A stretch of DNA of 52,290 bases, filler included, from Ylistrum balloti (Eukaryota): assembly GCF_031769215.1 (NCBI RefSeq). It is 2 parts of 2 records of this genome, joined end to end, with 100 filler letters (N's around TTAATTAATTAA, not from the genome) between each part and the next. Parts side by side here need not be neighbours in the genome. Positions count along the whole stretch, not along the records: positions 1 to 29,277 come from NW_026781947.1; 1 more part is not named here. One strand, 5' to 3'. Shown here piece by piece: positions 1-12,500 of the stretch. The first letter of the stretch is position 1; every line of letters starts with the position of its first letter. The notes beneath the pieces are model-generated. The model made no database searches. It was not told the DNA's origin and saw only the letters and a list, made by a program, of their open reading frames with translations. Made by a program: the position numbers and the translations under genes.

Positions 1-500
1 GAGGACTTTCATTAGAATCAACACCAACAAAGAAAGGACCTTTCGTAAAGGGAGGACATTTTGGAGGTCCTCTCTTTTCCACCTCCTAATTTTCCTTATT
101 CAGCAATAAATTTTCATTTTTTTTACAAAAAAGCCCGTCCTTTCTTTGTCCCAAAATTGGACAGTGTGTGATGCTCTTCACACAAAAATATCGATGGTGT
201 GTTTAACTTTCATTAAACTTCGTACACACTTGGCGGGGAAAACTTTTGGGTGCGTATAAAATTACAATTTTAAAAGAAGCGACGCGCAACCTTTTTTCTC
301 GCTTACTCTTACTGTAATAGAAGTATACGGACAGCAATATGCATATACCGAAATAAACATGGCATTCCAATATTTTAATCTTGAGACAAGTTATATCTTT
401 CGAGCTAGATAAGTACATTTCGTTTCGTCAGATTCCGTGTTCTTTTTCTTAACAATACATAAGCTGACATCGGCTGCGCCTCTCCGAGGAGTGAGGCGCT

Positions 501-3500
501 ATGCCTCTTACGAAAAGACTGCGTTCTTTAACAGAGGTAAGTTATCTGTCACATTTTATCTTAACAACGGTAGCTAGCCCCCATGAAAAATTATATAGCT
601 TTCCAACATTTAAAACTGAATTAACTTTGTTAAAAATAGCTTGATTCAACAACTTTATTTCCCACTTGCTTATAATGGCCGCCTCTGTGCGGGATCTCTC
701 TAGATTTGTCATTGTAACTTGACATTCCCGCTCATTTATTTTTGCTATGTTTACAAGCACAAATCTGGAGAGATTCCGCATAGTGACGGTCATTCCAAAT
801 AATAAAATAAGTGGAAGTAAGTGTACATAGTTTACAACATCTAATTGTTTTGATACATATGCACGTACACTGTAGGTAGAAAAATGTTTTATCTTTCAAT
901 CGACGTATAATTTATAAATATCGCGTTGTCATAAATTATCTAAAATATTGCTTGAACGCCGACCCTTGCAGTTCGCGTTTTTTTTGTAAGGAAGAATACT
1001 CTAACTATTGACCGCGACCATGTCAAAAATAAAATCGTGGTGAGATAGTCAGAACCCTTCAGACTACTCTTGCCTTAATTAAGGGGTTAGGCCGATTACA
1101 GGTGGTTCACACCTCCTTTGTTTATATAATTCTAAGCCAGTGCCCTAGTGTCTGGGTTGAGTGGGCTGACTGTAATATATTATATATCAATGTATGATGA
1201 GGACTTTTTACTTCCCCCACTGCAATTTTGAAATTGCACCTGATGCATGCATGTATAATGCTAAACTGCAGTAGTTTAATCTGTGTCCAACATATTGTCT
1301 GGTAAAGCAGCCAGGAGAGAACACATTTAACTTGTCAAAATTCATTATACATGTAACTTATCTCCAGCTGTATTGAAAAAAGGAAAGAAAAAAAAATCAT
1401 GTATTCCTGAATTCTGGGTCTGAATACTGGTCCACTCTTATTATAATACTATGACTACTTCCTGCAATTGATAAATAAAATATCACAAAAAGAAACTCCA
1501 TCAATTTTACAAGGTTAGAAGTGATAGTGTATTGTAATGTCTGGTATCTACTTGTTTTGCATGAAATTTGTTGAGCAGAATGTAATTTGTATAAGAACAA
1601 AAGGAAGTTTGTAGGAGAACATAGCTTTGTTCCTAGTGCTATTAGATTTTTTTTAAGGCTGTCACGGGTACAAAATGTTGGCCCCGAGTACTCGAATTTC
1701 AATACCTGACCCGTAACCAACAATGGTCATGAGTCGTTAGTCTACATGCATACAGTGTTACATGCACAGAGAGGACAAATTTACCTACGTGTAGTGTGGG
1801 GCTTGATACAGTCTCATATAAGGGGGAGGGGGGGGGGGGGGGGGTATAATAAAATCATTTGGAATCGTATGCTTCCTTGCTGATATTTCAGTATTTACTC
1901 ATTGCAAAACTTCATCCTGTAAACGAGAGGATTAGGCTCTATAATGCTAACGTTGTGACAGAATATGAAGAAATCAATTTGCATATAATATGCCCAACAG
2001 AAAGTAGCAGTCCCATGACAATTCTGATCCGGAAAGTCTCTAGCTAGTTTTATACATGTATACGACCATGATTAAGGTTTCAAGTACACATGGCTGCTTG
2101 AGCCAGAGGTGACGGTTTCTGTAATGAAATACAAGTGTGAGTATAAACATTAGTAATACATTGTTGCGTGTGAACATATTGGATACAGAAATTGTAATGT
2201 CATCAGAGTAAGAAATTTTATTGATTTAATAAAGTTTTACTGGTAACATTGACATAAGACCAATATTTCCTATTTTGACGTGTACTCGGGTAGACATTTT
2301 TGAAACAGGTCACTGTTCAAACCCGACCCGTGTCCGGGAACTCATGACAGCCCTAATTTTTTTAACCATCAATTTCTGTATAGCCCCATTTTTGAGAGAT
2401 TTTTCTTGAAATCTTAACAGATTTTTATAATTGTGTAATATATTTTCTTTTCAGAAAAAGAGTAATGGTCCAAAGACAAGGCCACTTGATGACTTCATCA
2501 TTGTAAATATACCAAAAAAAGGTATAGCATCTTTTGTATTGAAAATCCATTCAGAACAATTTAAAAGGATCATTAAATATATTGTCAGACATAAAAAGAA
2601 AAGTGTTTAATATATATTTTATTTCTTTTTCATGCATGTCGATTTACTTCAAGAATAATTTTTTGCTAAAACTACAGAATAGAAGAGTAGAGTAATGATT
2701 TACAACTGCACAAGGACTTGATGGTATTAATGATGTAGTAAATAAGAAATTTAACTGCCGATCCTAGTGCTTATAAATCTCACTTATAGTGTTCAGGACA
2801 GTACATTATTTACATATGTCACATCATCATCTAATTAATTCATTATACAATTCTGATTAATTTGTGTTAAACTTATATATTATGTATTCAGACTGAGATT
2901 TATTTGAGCTAGCATCAGTCATTAGATATTGTGTGTTAAGATTATAGTTGACAAATTAAATATGCAGAATTTAATATCAAAATGTAATCTTTTCCCATAG
3001 GTAAAGGTGTGCTGGCAAAAAAATATATACCAAAAGGGGACACTGTGCTGGAGTATTGTGGTGTCATAAGGACAGATGAACCACATCAAAGTGAGGATGA
3101 CACATATATTTTTGAATGTGTCTTCAAAGGCAAACAGTACTGGTATGTAAGATAGCATCCTGGTTTATTGCATGGTGTCCTAATTTCAGCTGGGCATAGT
3201 TTGCAGGTAGACCATTGCATATTAAGAACAAAATCCATCCAAGTGCCCAACAGAACATTTACATAGGTAGTGTTAGTGCAGTTTTTTTTTTAAAGCAGCA
3301 TTTTCAGGAAATTGGGAAAATTAAAAATTACTTATTAAAGCCAAAACAAAGTAATTTTTTTCAATTTCTGTTTTTATATTGGCCGGAAAAAATTCCTATG
3401 TTTTTATATTGACCGAGTACTCGTACTGTAATCATTTCAAAGGTTTCTGAAAATAAATGGCCCCATTATAGTTCCGTAATGTTAATTACAGGTAAACTTT

Positions 3501-6500
3501 CCTAGTTTTGAAATTTTTAAGAGATCCACATGCTCTTGTTTTTCTTTGTCTTTAATCAGTAATTTCCGTACTGCATGCTCTGTCTAGATTCCACCCCAGA
3601 TCTTGTTTTTAGTCTCACCCCAGCATACAAAATGGTGGCACCCATGTTTTTGTTTTGTTTCACTTTGGGACGATAATTAAGCAAGTTAGTGTCACTACAC
3701 ACTGTTTTAACATGACAGAATTCAAGAATAGATTCTTATAATATAGTTTGCGTTGTTCAGTACAACTTATATAGGTGTCGTATTTAAGTTGAAATCTGTT
3801 CTCGAATCATCTGCTTAATAGGCAGAATGCTTTTCACCACTAGGGCTTATTTGCCCTTCACAGTAAGAACTACGCTAATATTAGCACTTTGAGACATTTG
3901 GTTATATAAATTAGAAAAGGATGTTTACAGATTTAACATATTTAATTATTGTGACCTTAAAAGTGGGTCAAGGTCATTTATACTTGTATTGTAAAACTTG
4001 ACTACCAATGACATTCACATCTTACATACTACTAGTTCCAAATTATTCTAATGTTCTATCGACTCTTCATAAAGTTCTGGTATTGATGAATGTAAGAACT
4101 CTGTCCTGACGGAAATAAGGGACCGTGCCTTGGCTAGCATTAAAAGGGTGACTTTAATTATATCATAATATATGGAAATAATTTGTCGTGTTCACCAGCT
4201 TTAATTAGATCGGAGACCCTGGTGTCTACATTTTAGAGACCCCAATCAGAGTTTTTGCCAGGCATCTATAGTACCGGACCCATTCCCAATTTCAATCTGT
4301 ATTTTCCCAATTTGAATTAAAACAAGAAAACCTTAAAATATCATGCTAACAGTTATTACGAGTTTTCAGTCATTAGGCCTAATCATGTCGACCACACAAA
4401 TGTACACACGTATATTGGTAAGCGTGCGCTGGGAAGTCAAATCATATATGCGTTTGAATTGCACGTTGTATAAGGACTTGAATGCAAAGCGTTTACGGTA
4501 CATTGACATGTTTTTTAATGGTATTGTCACATAATTCTAAATACTACACAAAAAAGATTTTGGTGAAGGATTCATAGGATTTGGTGAAACTTACTAGTAT
4601 TTTCCCAAAATTTATGAAATACCAATGATATTTTCCCAATTTGTGGTAAATGCCGATGATATTTTCCCAATTTTTGCTCAGGGTCCCTTTCCCAAAATAG
4701 CTGGCAAAAACCCTGCCAATGTGGTTATTTGACAGTGATTTCACTATACTACAACCTGTTGTAAGTCTTCATTTTAAATCAGTGATCTTCAGTAAATAAT
4801 TACCATCTCGGCGATTGCATACAATAGTACGCGTTCAGCCCAAGCCGGATGTCATCAGTCTCCTCATACTCAACGTGTTAACTGTCATTAACCATTAATT
4901 ATACAATCAGCCAAGCCTTTCATGCTTGTTAGGTCACCTGGGTAAATTTGTTTACTTAAGGTAATTACATGTGTTAGGGTCACCCTCATTGTGGTTTCCT
5001 AATTATCAATGGATCAGACCACATCAAATGTTTCATCGCAGTGACCAGTCAATTAATTTTTCTGTAGAATATTTTTTTTAAAATCTGATCTCCAAAAAGT
5101 ACCTGCGCACTATACGCAAGTGCGCACTCTATGCGAATATTTACGGTAACACAAAAAACCTCTTGCCGTGTATTAATATTTTTCACTACCATATTTGTCC
5201 GCCAATAGGCCCATGCTCAGTAATAAGCCCACCCCCTTTTTTTTACCAACATTTGGGGGGGGGGATGTCCGGTAATAAGCTCATCCCCCATTCCGACCTC
5301 AGCAGTAAAAAAATCATGTAATGTGCACACTTGTGTAATATGAGTACCCTCAACTTAGGGTCTAAAAATGCTTAAAAAAATGCTTCTATTCGGGTAATGT
5401 TTGCATGATTTTCCTGTCAAAAACAATGTCCAACATACCTGGAACACTCACTCACTTGAGCATAAAATCTGTTTGTTCATGGTTTCTCAGCGAAGTGGGA
5501 TAATTTTACAAATAACATTTCTGATTTTCAATAAATTTATAATGAGAAATCAAAACATGACAAAGTTTTAGCGGTATGCCAACTTTTTTTTCACAGGTTA
5601 GCTGCAACGCATGATGATGGATCACTAGGCCGTCTGATAAATGATGACAGAAAGCCAAACCTGAAACCAAAGATGGTTCCGATTTGTGGAGAGCCCCATA
5701 TTTTCTTCTATGCCATCAGAGATATACATCCAAGGGAGGAATTGTTATACTGCTATGGAAATGGTCCATATCCCTGGAGAAATACTACAAATGTAAAGGA
5801 CTCTCCAAATGATCTTGTATCCAGTATACAGAAGGATAGTATACCTGTGACAGAAACTGATGATACTGCTACATACAGTTCCAATGAACCAGCATCTGAC
5901 ATTTCTGTGTCAATGGTCAACATCCCTGCATCTGCAACTGATGCCAGCAAACCAGATACTGACTTTTGTAAGTATAAATTATATATATGTTACACTTTTT
6001 TTTATATTGTTATGTCTTTATTTCTCTTGTGACACAGGAGGAGGATGAAAATAGGGTTCTAAAGACCTCTGATGAACAAATAATAAACATGTATCCCAGT
6101 AATCATCAGGAACAAAGTAAGATTATTTATCCTTTTGCAGTGATTTTTAGTAAACAATTAAGTAATTATATTATTTGCTGTATTGTAAAATCAAAAAAGA
6201 GAAACCATTTCATCTTTCTGTCACAAAGTTTGTATTTGAAACACATTCCTGTATTATCACTTTACCTGATGTGTATATATTACATTTTCAGTAACTACAC
6301 ACAGTCCTGAATGTATGTTACCAGATGTAACTGATGAAGATGTGATGGCTCCCTCATCGGTTGACAAGCATGACAAACCATCAAATCTACCAAGAGATAC
6401 AGTTGCTACCCTGGATGATGGCATTGATAACACCCCAGTTTCAACGACAAATGTACAAGTAGTTATGATGGAAACTGATGTTACTGCTACATACAGTTCC

Positions 6501-9500
6501 AATGAACCATCATCTGACATTTCTGTGTCAATGGTCAACATCCCTGCATCTGCAACTGATGCCAGCAAACCAGATACTGACCTTTGTAAGTATAAATTAT
6601 ATATATGTTACACTTTTTTTTTTTTTTTGTTATGTCTTTATTTCTCTTGTGACACAGGAGGAGGATGAAAATAGGGTTCTAAAGACCTCTGATGAACAAA
6701 TAATAAATATGTATCCCAGTAAGTATCAGGAACAAAGATTTTTTATCCTTTTGCAGTGTTTTCAGTAAGTAAATAAAGTAATATTTATTTATTTATGAGT
6801 ATTATCATGATTGGCTGTATACATGTGGAGAATTGAAACAGGGAAAAAATGTTCATCTGTCTGATACAAAGTTACCTTCTGTATTGCCACTTTACCTGGT
6901 GTGTATATTATATTTTCAGTAACTACACACAATCCTGAGTTTAAGTTACCAGATGGTGAAGATGTGAGAGCTCCCATATCAGGTGACAATAACCATGATA
7001 GAACATTAAATCTACCCAGAGATGCAGTTGCAAGCATTTGTGATGAATTCACTCCAATTTCTAGAGCTTGCTTTTATGTTCTGTCTGGATTTCGAATTAC
7101 TGAGGTATGTTAAGTATGTGAGTGGACAATGTGTGTTTTCAGTACACAACAAAGTTATTCCATGCCATAGATAACAGAAAGTGTGGGTTGGACTGTAGAC
7201 TTTTTATATGTTCATGTCAGTATTAAAATATTTATCATTTGTTCATTCCTTAATACCCACTTTTCATCTGACCTGCTTTCATGTAATTTTTACTTTTTTC
7301 ATCCAAACTCTTGGCTTCAGTACTACCTCTGGATGGTTTTCTAACTAACTAAATAGGGTCTTTCTATGTTCCATCGGCCGAAGGGTAAATGCCTTTAGCC
7401 CATCTAGATTTAAATCTATACATATGTTAGGGCTTTGTGTTAAATGTCTGTACTTGTGATGTGATTATCTACAACTTATTTGTATCTTGACAGAGGGGCA
7501 GACTGCCTCAAAAAATTAACATATTACTTGTCTTCAGCACAGTCGGTATAACTTCACTGATCATATACATCTAATTATTGTATGTTTAAATAGGAAATCA
7601 AAAAGAAATTCAGAAGAGTGGCCATTGCATCAGGATTTAGGAAATGCAGATACCTTGACTCCTTCTCATCATCTGTTACCCATGTACTAATGAAAGAAGG
7701 TAGGTTCAAGTTGTTAGCTAAATCTTCCTGTTTTGTGGTTTTAATTTCAGTGATTAATTTGGATGCATCTTATAGTATATAAATCTTGATTTTCTTATTT
7801 TTGCAAAGGATGTTTTTAGACAGGTAACATTTTACTTTTTTTTTTTACTTTTTTTTTTTAACCTATATTTTTTTTTTTTTTTAACCTATATAACATGGTT
7901 TTGGTATATCAGATAAAATTTAAACTTGGACATACATTGAGGGTTCATCGTCACCATCTTTGCAAGATTGTGAATCTGCTGATCCGTTATATGAGCCATC
8001 TGATACCGACACAGATGAAGAGTAGGTATTCATAACATGGTATTCTTCATTAGCTTCTCCTAGTTAGGTTAAAAGACGCAACCTTGTTTCCCAAATCAAA
8101 AATTTCTATTGCATTCAGTTTTTATGTCGCCTGCTTTAGCAGGTGACAGGTAAGTATTGCTATGTCGGCGTTGGCGGTATCATCCACCCTATGGTTTCTG
8201 TGTGATAACTTGAGTTATCTTGGACCGATCAAACTCAAACGTCACACAATGCTTCCTTACCAATAGAGCTTGCCTAGGGTTGCTTTTCAGGGTCGATGGT
8301 AACAGGTCAAGGTCACTATTGTTAAAAATAGATTTTTTTTTCTGTGCGATAACTTGAGTTCCTCTGTGCCAAATAAAGTCAAACTTCACACAATACTTCC
8401 TTATCAAAAGTGCTTGCCTGAGATTGCTTTTCAGGGTCGAGGGTCAAAGGTCAAGGTCACTCTTACTATAAATAGAAAATGGGTTTCTGCTTGCTTTGCA
8501 GGCGACACATCAACTTTCGTGGAATTCTTGTATGAGTACTGTTTAATATAAAATTTACGAAAAGATATTTATACATGTGTTAATGTTCAAAATCATTAAA
8601 TCATAAAAATAGCAAAAAAAAAAAAAAAATGAAATAATTTAACTGTATACTGATGTATTTCACAAAAGATGTCTTCCAATGACAATACCATTTAATATGT
8701 AACTTGCACCATTTTTAGCTCACCTGGTCCGTGGTGTCCGTCAACAATTTCTTTAATTGACTTCTTATAAACTACTGGGTGGAATTTGGTCAAATTTGGC
8801 TGCAAGTATCCTTGGCTGGTGGGGATTCAAAAATGTACAAATGAAGTGGCTGACCCCCCAGGGGCCTGAGGGGCAGAGCCCAAAATGGGAAATTTGGCCA
8901 TATAGCTTTAAGCATCTTCTTCTCTGAAACTAAATAATGACTATCAATCATATTTCGCTGGATGAAGCATCCTCAGAGTCGAGAATTCAAAAATTTACAA
9001 ATGAAGTGGTTGCCCCCCATGGGACTGAGGGGCGGGCCTAAATGGGGTACTTTGGCATTATTACTTTAAGTATCTTCTTCTCTGAAACTAAATAAATGCT
9101 GTGGGTCATATTTGGCAGGAAGCATTGTCAAGAGTTTGGGATTCAAAAATGTACAAATTGTCAAGCTGACATTGGAGGTGGGGGGGACAACTTATGCCTA
9201 GAACTCTTGGTCATAAAGATCCAGGTGAGCAGTACATTCCCTCTGGGCCTCTTGTATTACATTATTACTGTAATTTATTTTATTTCATTTATTTATTTAC
9301 TTATTATTTTTCTGTTTGTCCTCGGTGTACTTCCGTAGTGTAGATTCCTGTTGCGTATTATTATTAATTATTTTAGTACCAGAAGCAAGTACTGAGTCCA
9401 AGTGAGTTATATGGTGTGCATGATTACACTAACTTTTTTCCCAGTAAATGATTAAAAACAAGATAAGCTTTGAAAGTATTTTTATATCTCTGCAACGGAG

Positions 9501-12500
9501 TTTGGGGGTTAATTTGGAAACAGCTTGTCCATCCATCCCCCCATCTGTCTGCAGACAGACCTTGCCCACTCAACTCTTCCTACAATTTTCATTCAAAATC
9601 CTTTAAACTTAATAGGCTGTTAGAGTTAAAGTTGAAGGTGTGCTTCTTGATGTTATTTTTCATCTTCCCAACCATTTTTATGAAAGTTAGGCCCCTTTAC
9701 ATTTTGCTCAATTATTATTTCCACAAAGACACATACAAAATTTAATCAAACAGTCTCTGGATTAAAGATAGGATCATAATAATTGAAACTTAGCAAATCG
9801 TGTAACCTATTAATGCCTATAAATATCATTCATAGGTGTTCCAGTACCGTTTCTATGGAAACATGATTGGGACTATGGTTGATTGATAATGAAAAATTGG
9901 TATACAGGTGTTGTTCGACATGAGAAACACCAAGGTGAAGTTCATTTTGTGAAATTATAGTTGCCATGGTAACCAGGTCACTATACACAGGTTTTTGTGA
10001 AATAGCCATAACTCATCAACCCTGTGGTCATTTTTATTGAAACTTGGTCAAATGGTGCAACTTATTCCAGTACCATTACTATTAAAACATGATTTAGGCT
10101 TTTGTTTGGACGAAAATGAAATAGTATCAGATTTTCACGGAAATTGGTATATAGGTATTGTCTTTCATCAGGAACACAAAGATGAAGTCCATTTTCTAAT
10201 GTGAAAATATGGCCTTCGAGGGAGGCTTCTGATTTGTCAAATTTAGATATTGTTGGAATTTTTGTGAAAATTGAGTCAAAGGTATTGTCTGTGAGGAACA
10301 TGGCAATGCAGTTCTTTTTCTGATTTTAACACCTGAAACAGTGTATGGGGCATATATACTGGAATCACTTGTCAGACTCCGTGGCTAAAACAATGCATGT
10401 ATAAATTCTTTGCATCTGCAGGGGTTTTAGCTATCTTCATGATGACAGTTCTAGTTATAACATAAACGGTCCTTTTCCATCTATAACATGGACCGTTTTC
10501 AAAAAAAAAATGCTTGTATCACTTGCCAGTTTTTAGTACAAAATGTTTTTTAGTATTATATATTCATTGGAAGAAAATTATATCCTGGTTGGATCTAGTC
10601 TGGCAGTATTTTCATTTAACTACACTTGTATAGTACTTTAAAAGTTCTTTATTTGAATTTTTTAAAGGTGGAAACAATTTATTTACAATACTTCTATGAG
10701 CTGTTGATTAACACCGGAAATCAATCAATCCATGCCATACTTTAATATGTAGTTAGCTATAGGTAAAAATCAATTGTTTTATGCAATATTTCATATCATT
10801 TGGTAAATGATCTAGAGAGGTAGAGGTTGTCTTACAGAGTATCTGAAATTGAAATGAAAAAATTCTAACCTATGACAGTACAACCAGATATATCTCTTGC
10901 ATTCCCATCAGTTACTAATGATGTCGTCCAGACATATTTCTAGCTTTTAGTTAATTTTTACAGAGTTATTGACAACTCAGCCAGATCAGATGACTCAAGT
11001 GAAATCCCAATCTTGGATCCCAAGGCTTTGAATCAGACTGAAGAAAATATCCAAAAAGATGGAGTTACAGTTAAACTGTTTTCTCAGAATAAAAACAGGA
11101 AAAAAATTTGGGATAAAAAACACTACTGCCTATATTGTAACAAGCCTTTTGCAAAACTTCCTCGACATTTGGAAACTCAGCATAAAGATGAAATTGATGT
11201 AATAAAATTGCGTTCACTAGACAGGCGTAGTAAAGAACAAAAAAGTGCAAGAGCTACTCTGATTGACAAGCTGAGAAAAGCCGGTAACTATAACCATAAC
11301 ATAGAAGTTCTGAAATCTGGACAAGGAGAGGTTGTACCAAAGAAAAGTTTAAGTAAGTCAAGAAGCAGTGATGATTATTTGCGATGTAGACATTGCCTTG
11401 GATTTTACCTAAAGCATGATCTATATCGGCATGTCAGCAAGTGTACCTTCCGTGAGGAAAAACTTGTTAAAGGGACAAGACACCAAAGTAATAGTGCTTT
11501 TCTTCTGCCATCAACTGCTTCAGAAAAGGCTGGTTCAGATTTTCAGAAGGATGTCGTCGCCGACATGAGTGTGGATAACATTTCACTGTGTGCAAGAAAT
11601 GACGAGTTAATCATTCTGTTTGGGGAAAAGCTTTACAAAAAACATAAAGCTTTGCCCCACATGCATCAATACATCCGAACAAAAATGAGGGAACTGTCTC
11701 GTTTTCTACTGAAGGCACGAGAGGAAGATGAAGATATAGTTACATTATCAGATTGCATCCAAGCAAACAAGTTTGAGACCTGTGTCAAAGCTGTGAGATC
11801 ATTATGTGGAGTTAAATGTGGCACAAAAGCGGATATCCCATCTTTAGCTTTGAAAATTGGATTTTCATTGAGCAAATGTGCCAATATCAGATTATCAAAA
11901 GCTCTGGTAGAGGGTGATTCTAAGGTACAGGATAATGTGGAAAGGTTTCAGAGACTGTATTCTATGGATTGGAATACTGAAGTTTCTTCCACAGCATTAA
12001 AAAGTCTAGAAACAAAGAAGTGGAACAAGCCTTCATTGCTTCCACTCACAAATGATGTAGTGAAGTTCCAAAAGTACTTGGACCAGCAAATTGATGCCAA
12101 CATAAAACTTCTGGAATCAAAAAACGCCCAAGGTTGGAGGCCATTGTGTGAAGCTATTTTAGTTAGCATCATACTGTTCAACAGAAGAAGGAGTGGTGAA
12201 GTGGAGAGGTTGTCCTTGGATGTTTTCAGTCTCAAAAGCAAAACTGACCTCATGCCAGACGTGAAGGAAACCCATAACAATTTGGAAAAACATCTTGTGG
12301 AGAATTTGTCAAGAGTGGAAACTCGTGGAAAGCGGGGAAGAAAGGTGCCAATTTTGTTCCCCAAAAAAACAGAGGAAGCACTGGATCTTCTCATACAATA
12401 CCGATCAGCAGCTGGAATAGAAAAGGGAAACCCATATGTGTTCGCTAACAACGCAATAGGCTATGTACGCGGAGCTGACTGCATGAGAAGTACAGCATCG

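Noticed and set aside
6038-6117. Apparent exon EEDENRVLKTSDEQ... (second copy from 6658)
   Set aside because: It needs a phase-0 upstream donor, but the strong donors at 5968 and 6586 are phase 1, which gives an immediate TGA. It is treated as intronic unless a weak donor near 5780 is used.
7494-7545. Possible extra 52-nt exon of the SET-YR gene
   Set aside because: Its phase 1 end puts the next exon (7594) into a frame with a stop, and the donor GTATAA is weak.
11666-12451. Minus-strand ORFs 11666-11884 and 11948-12451
   Set aside because: They are antisense shadows of the YR exon with no motifs of their own.
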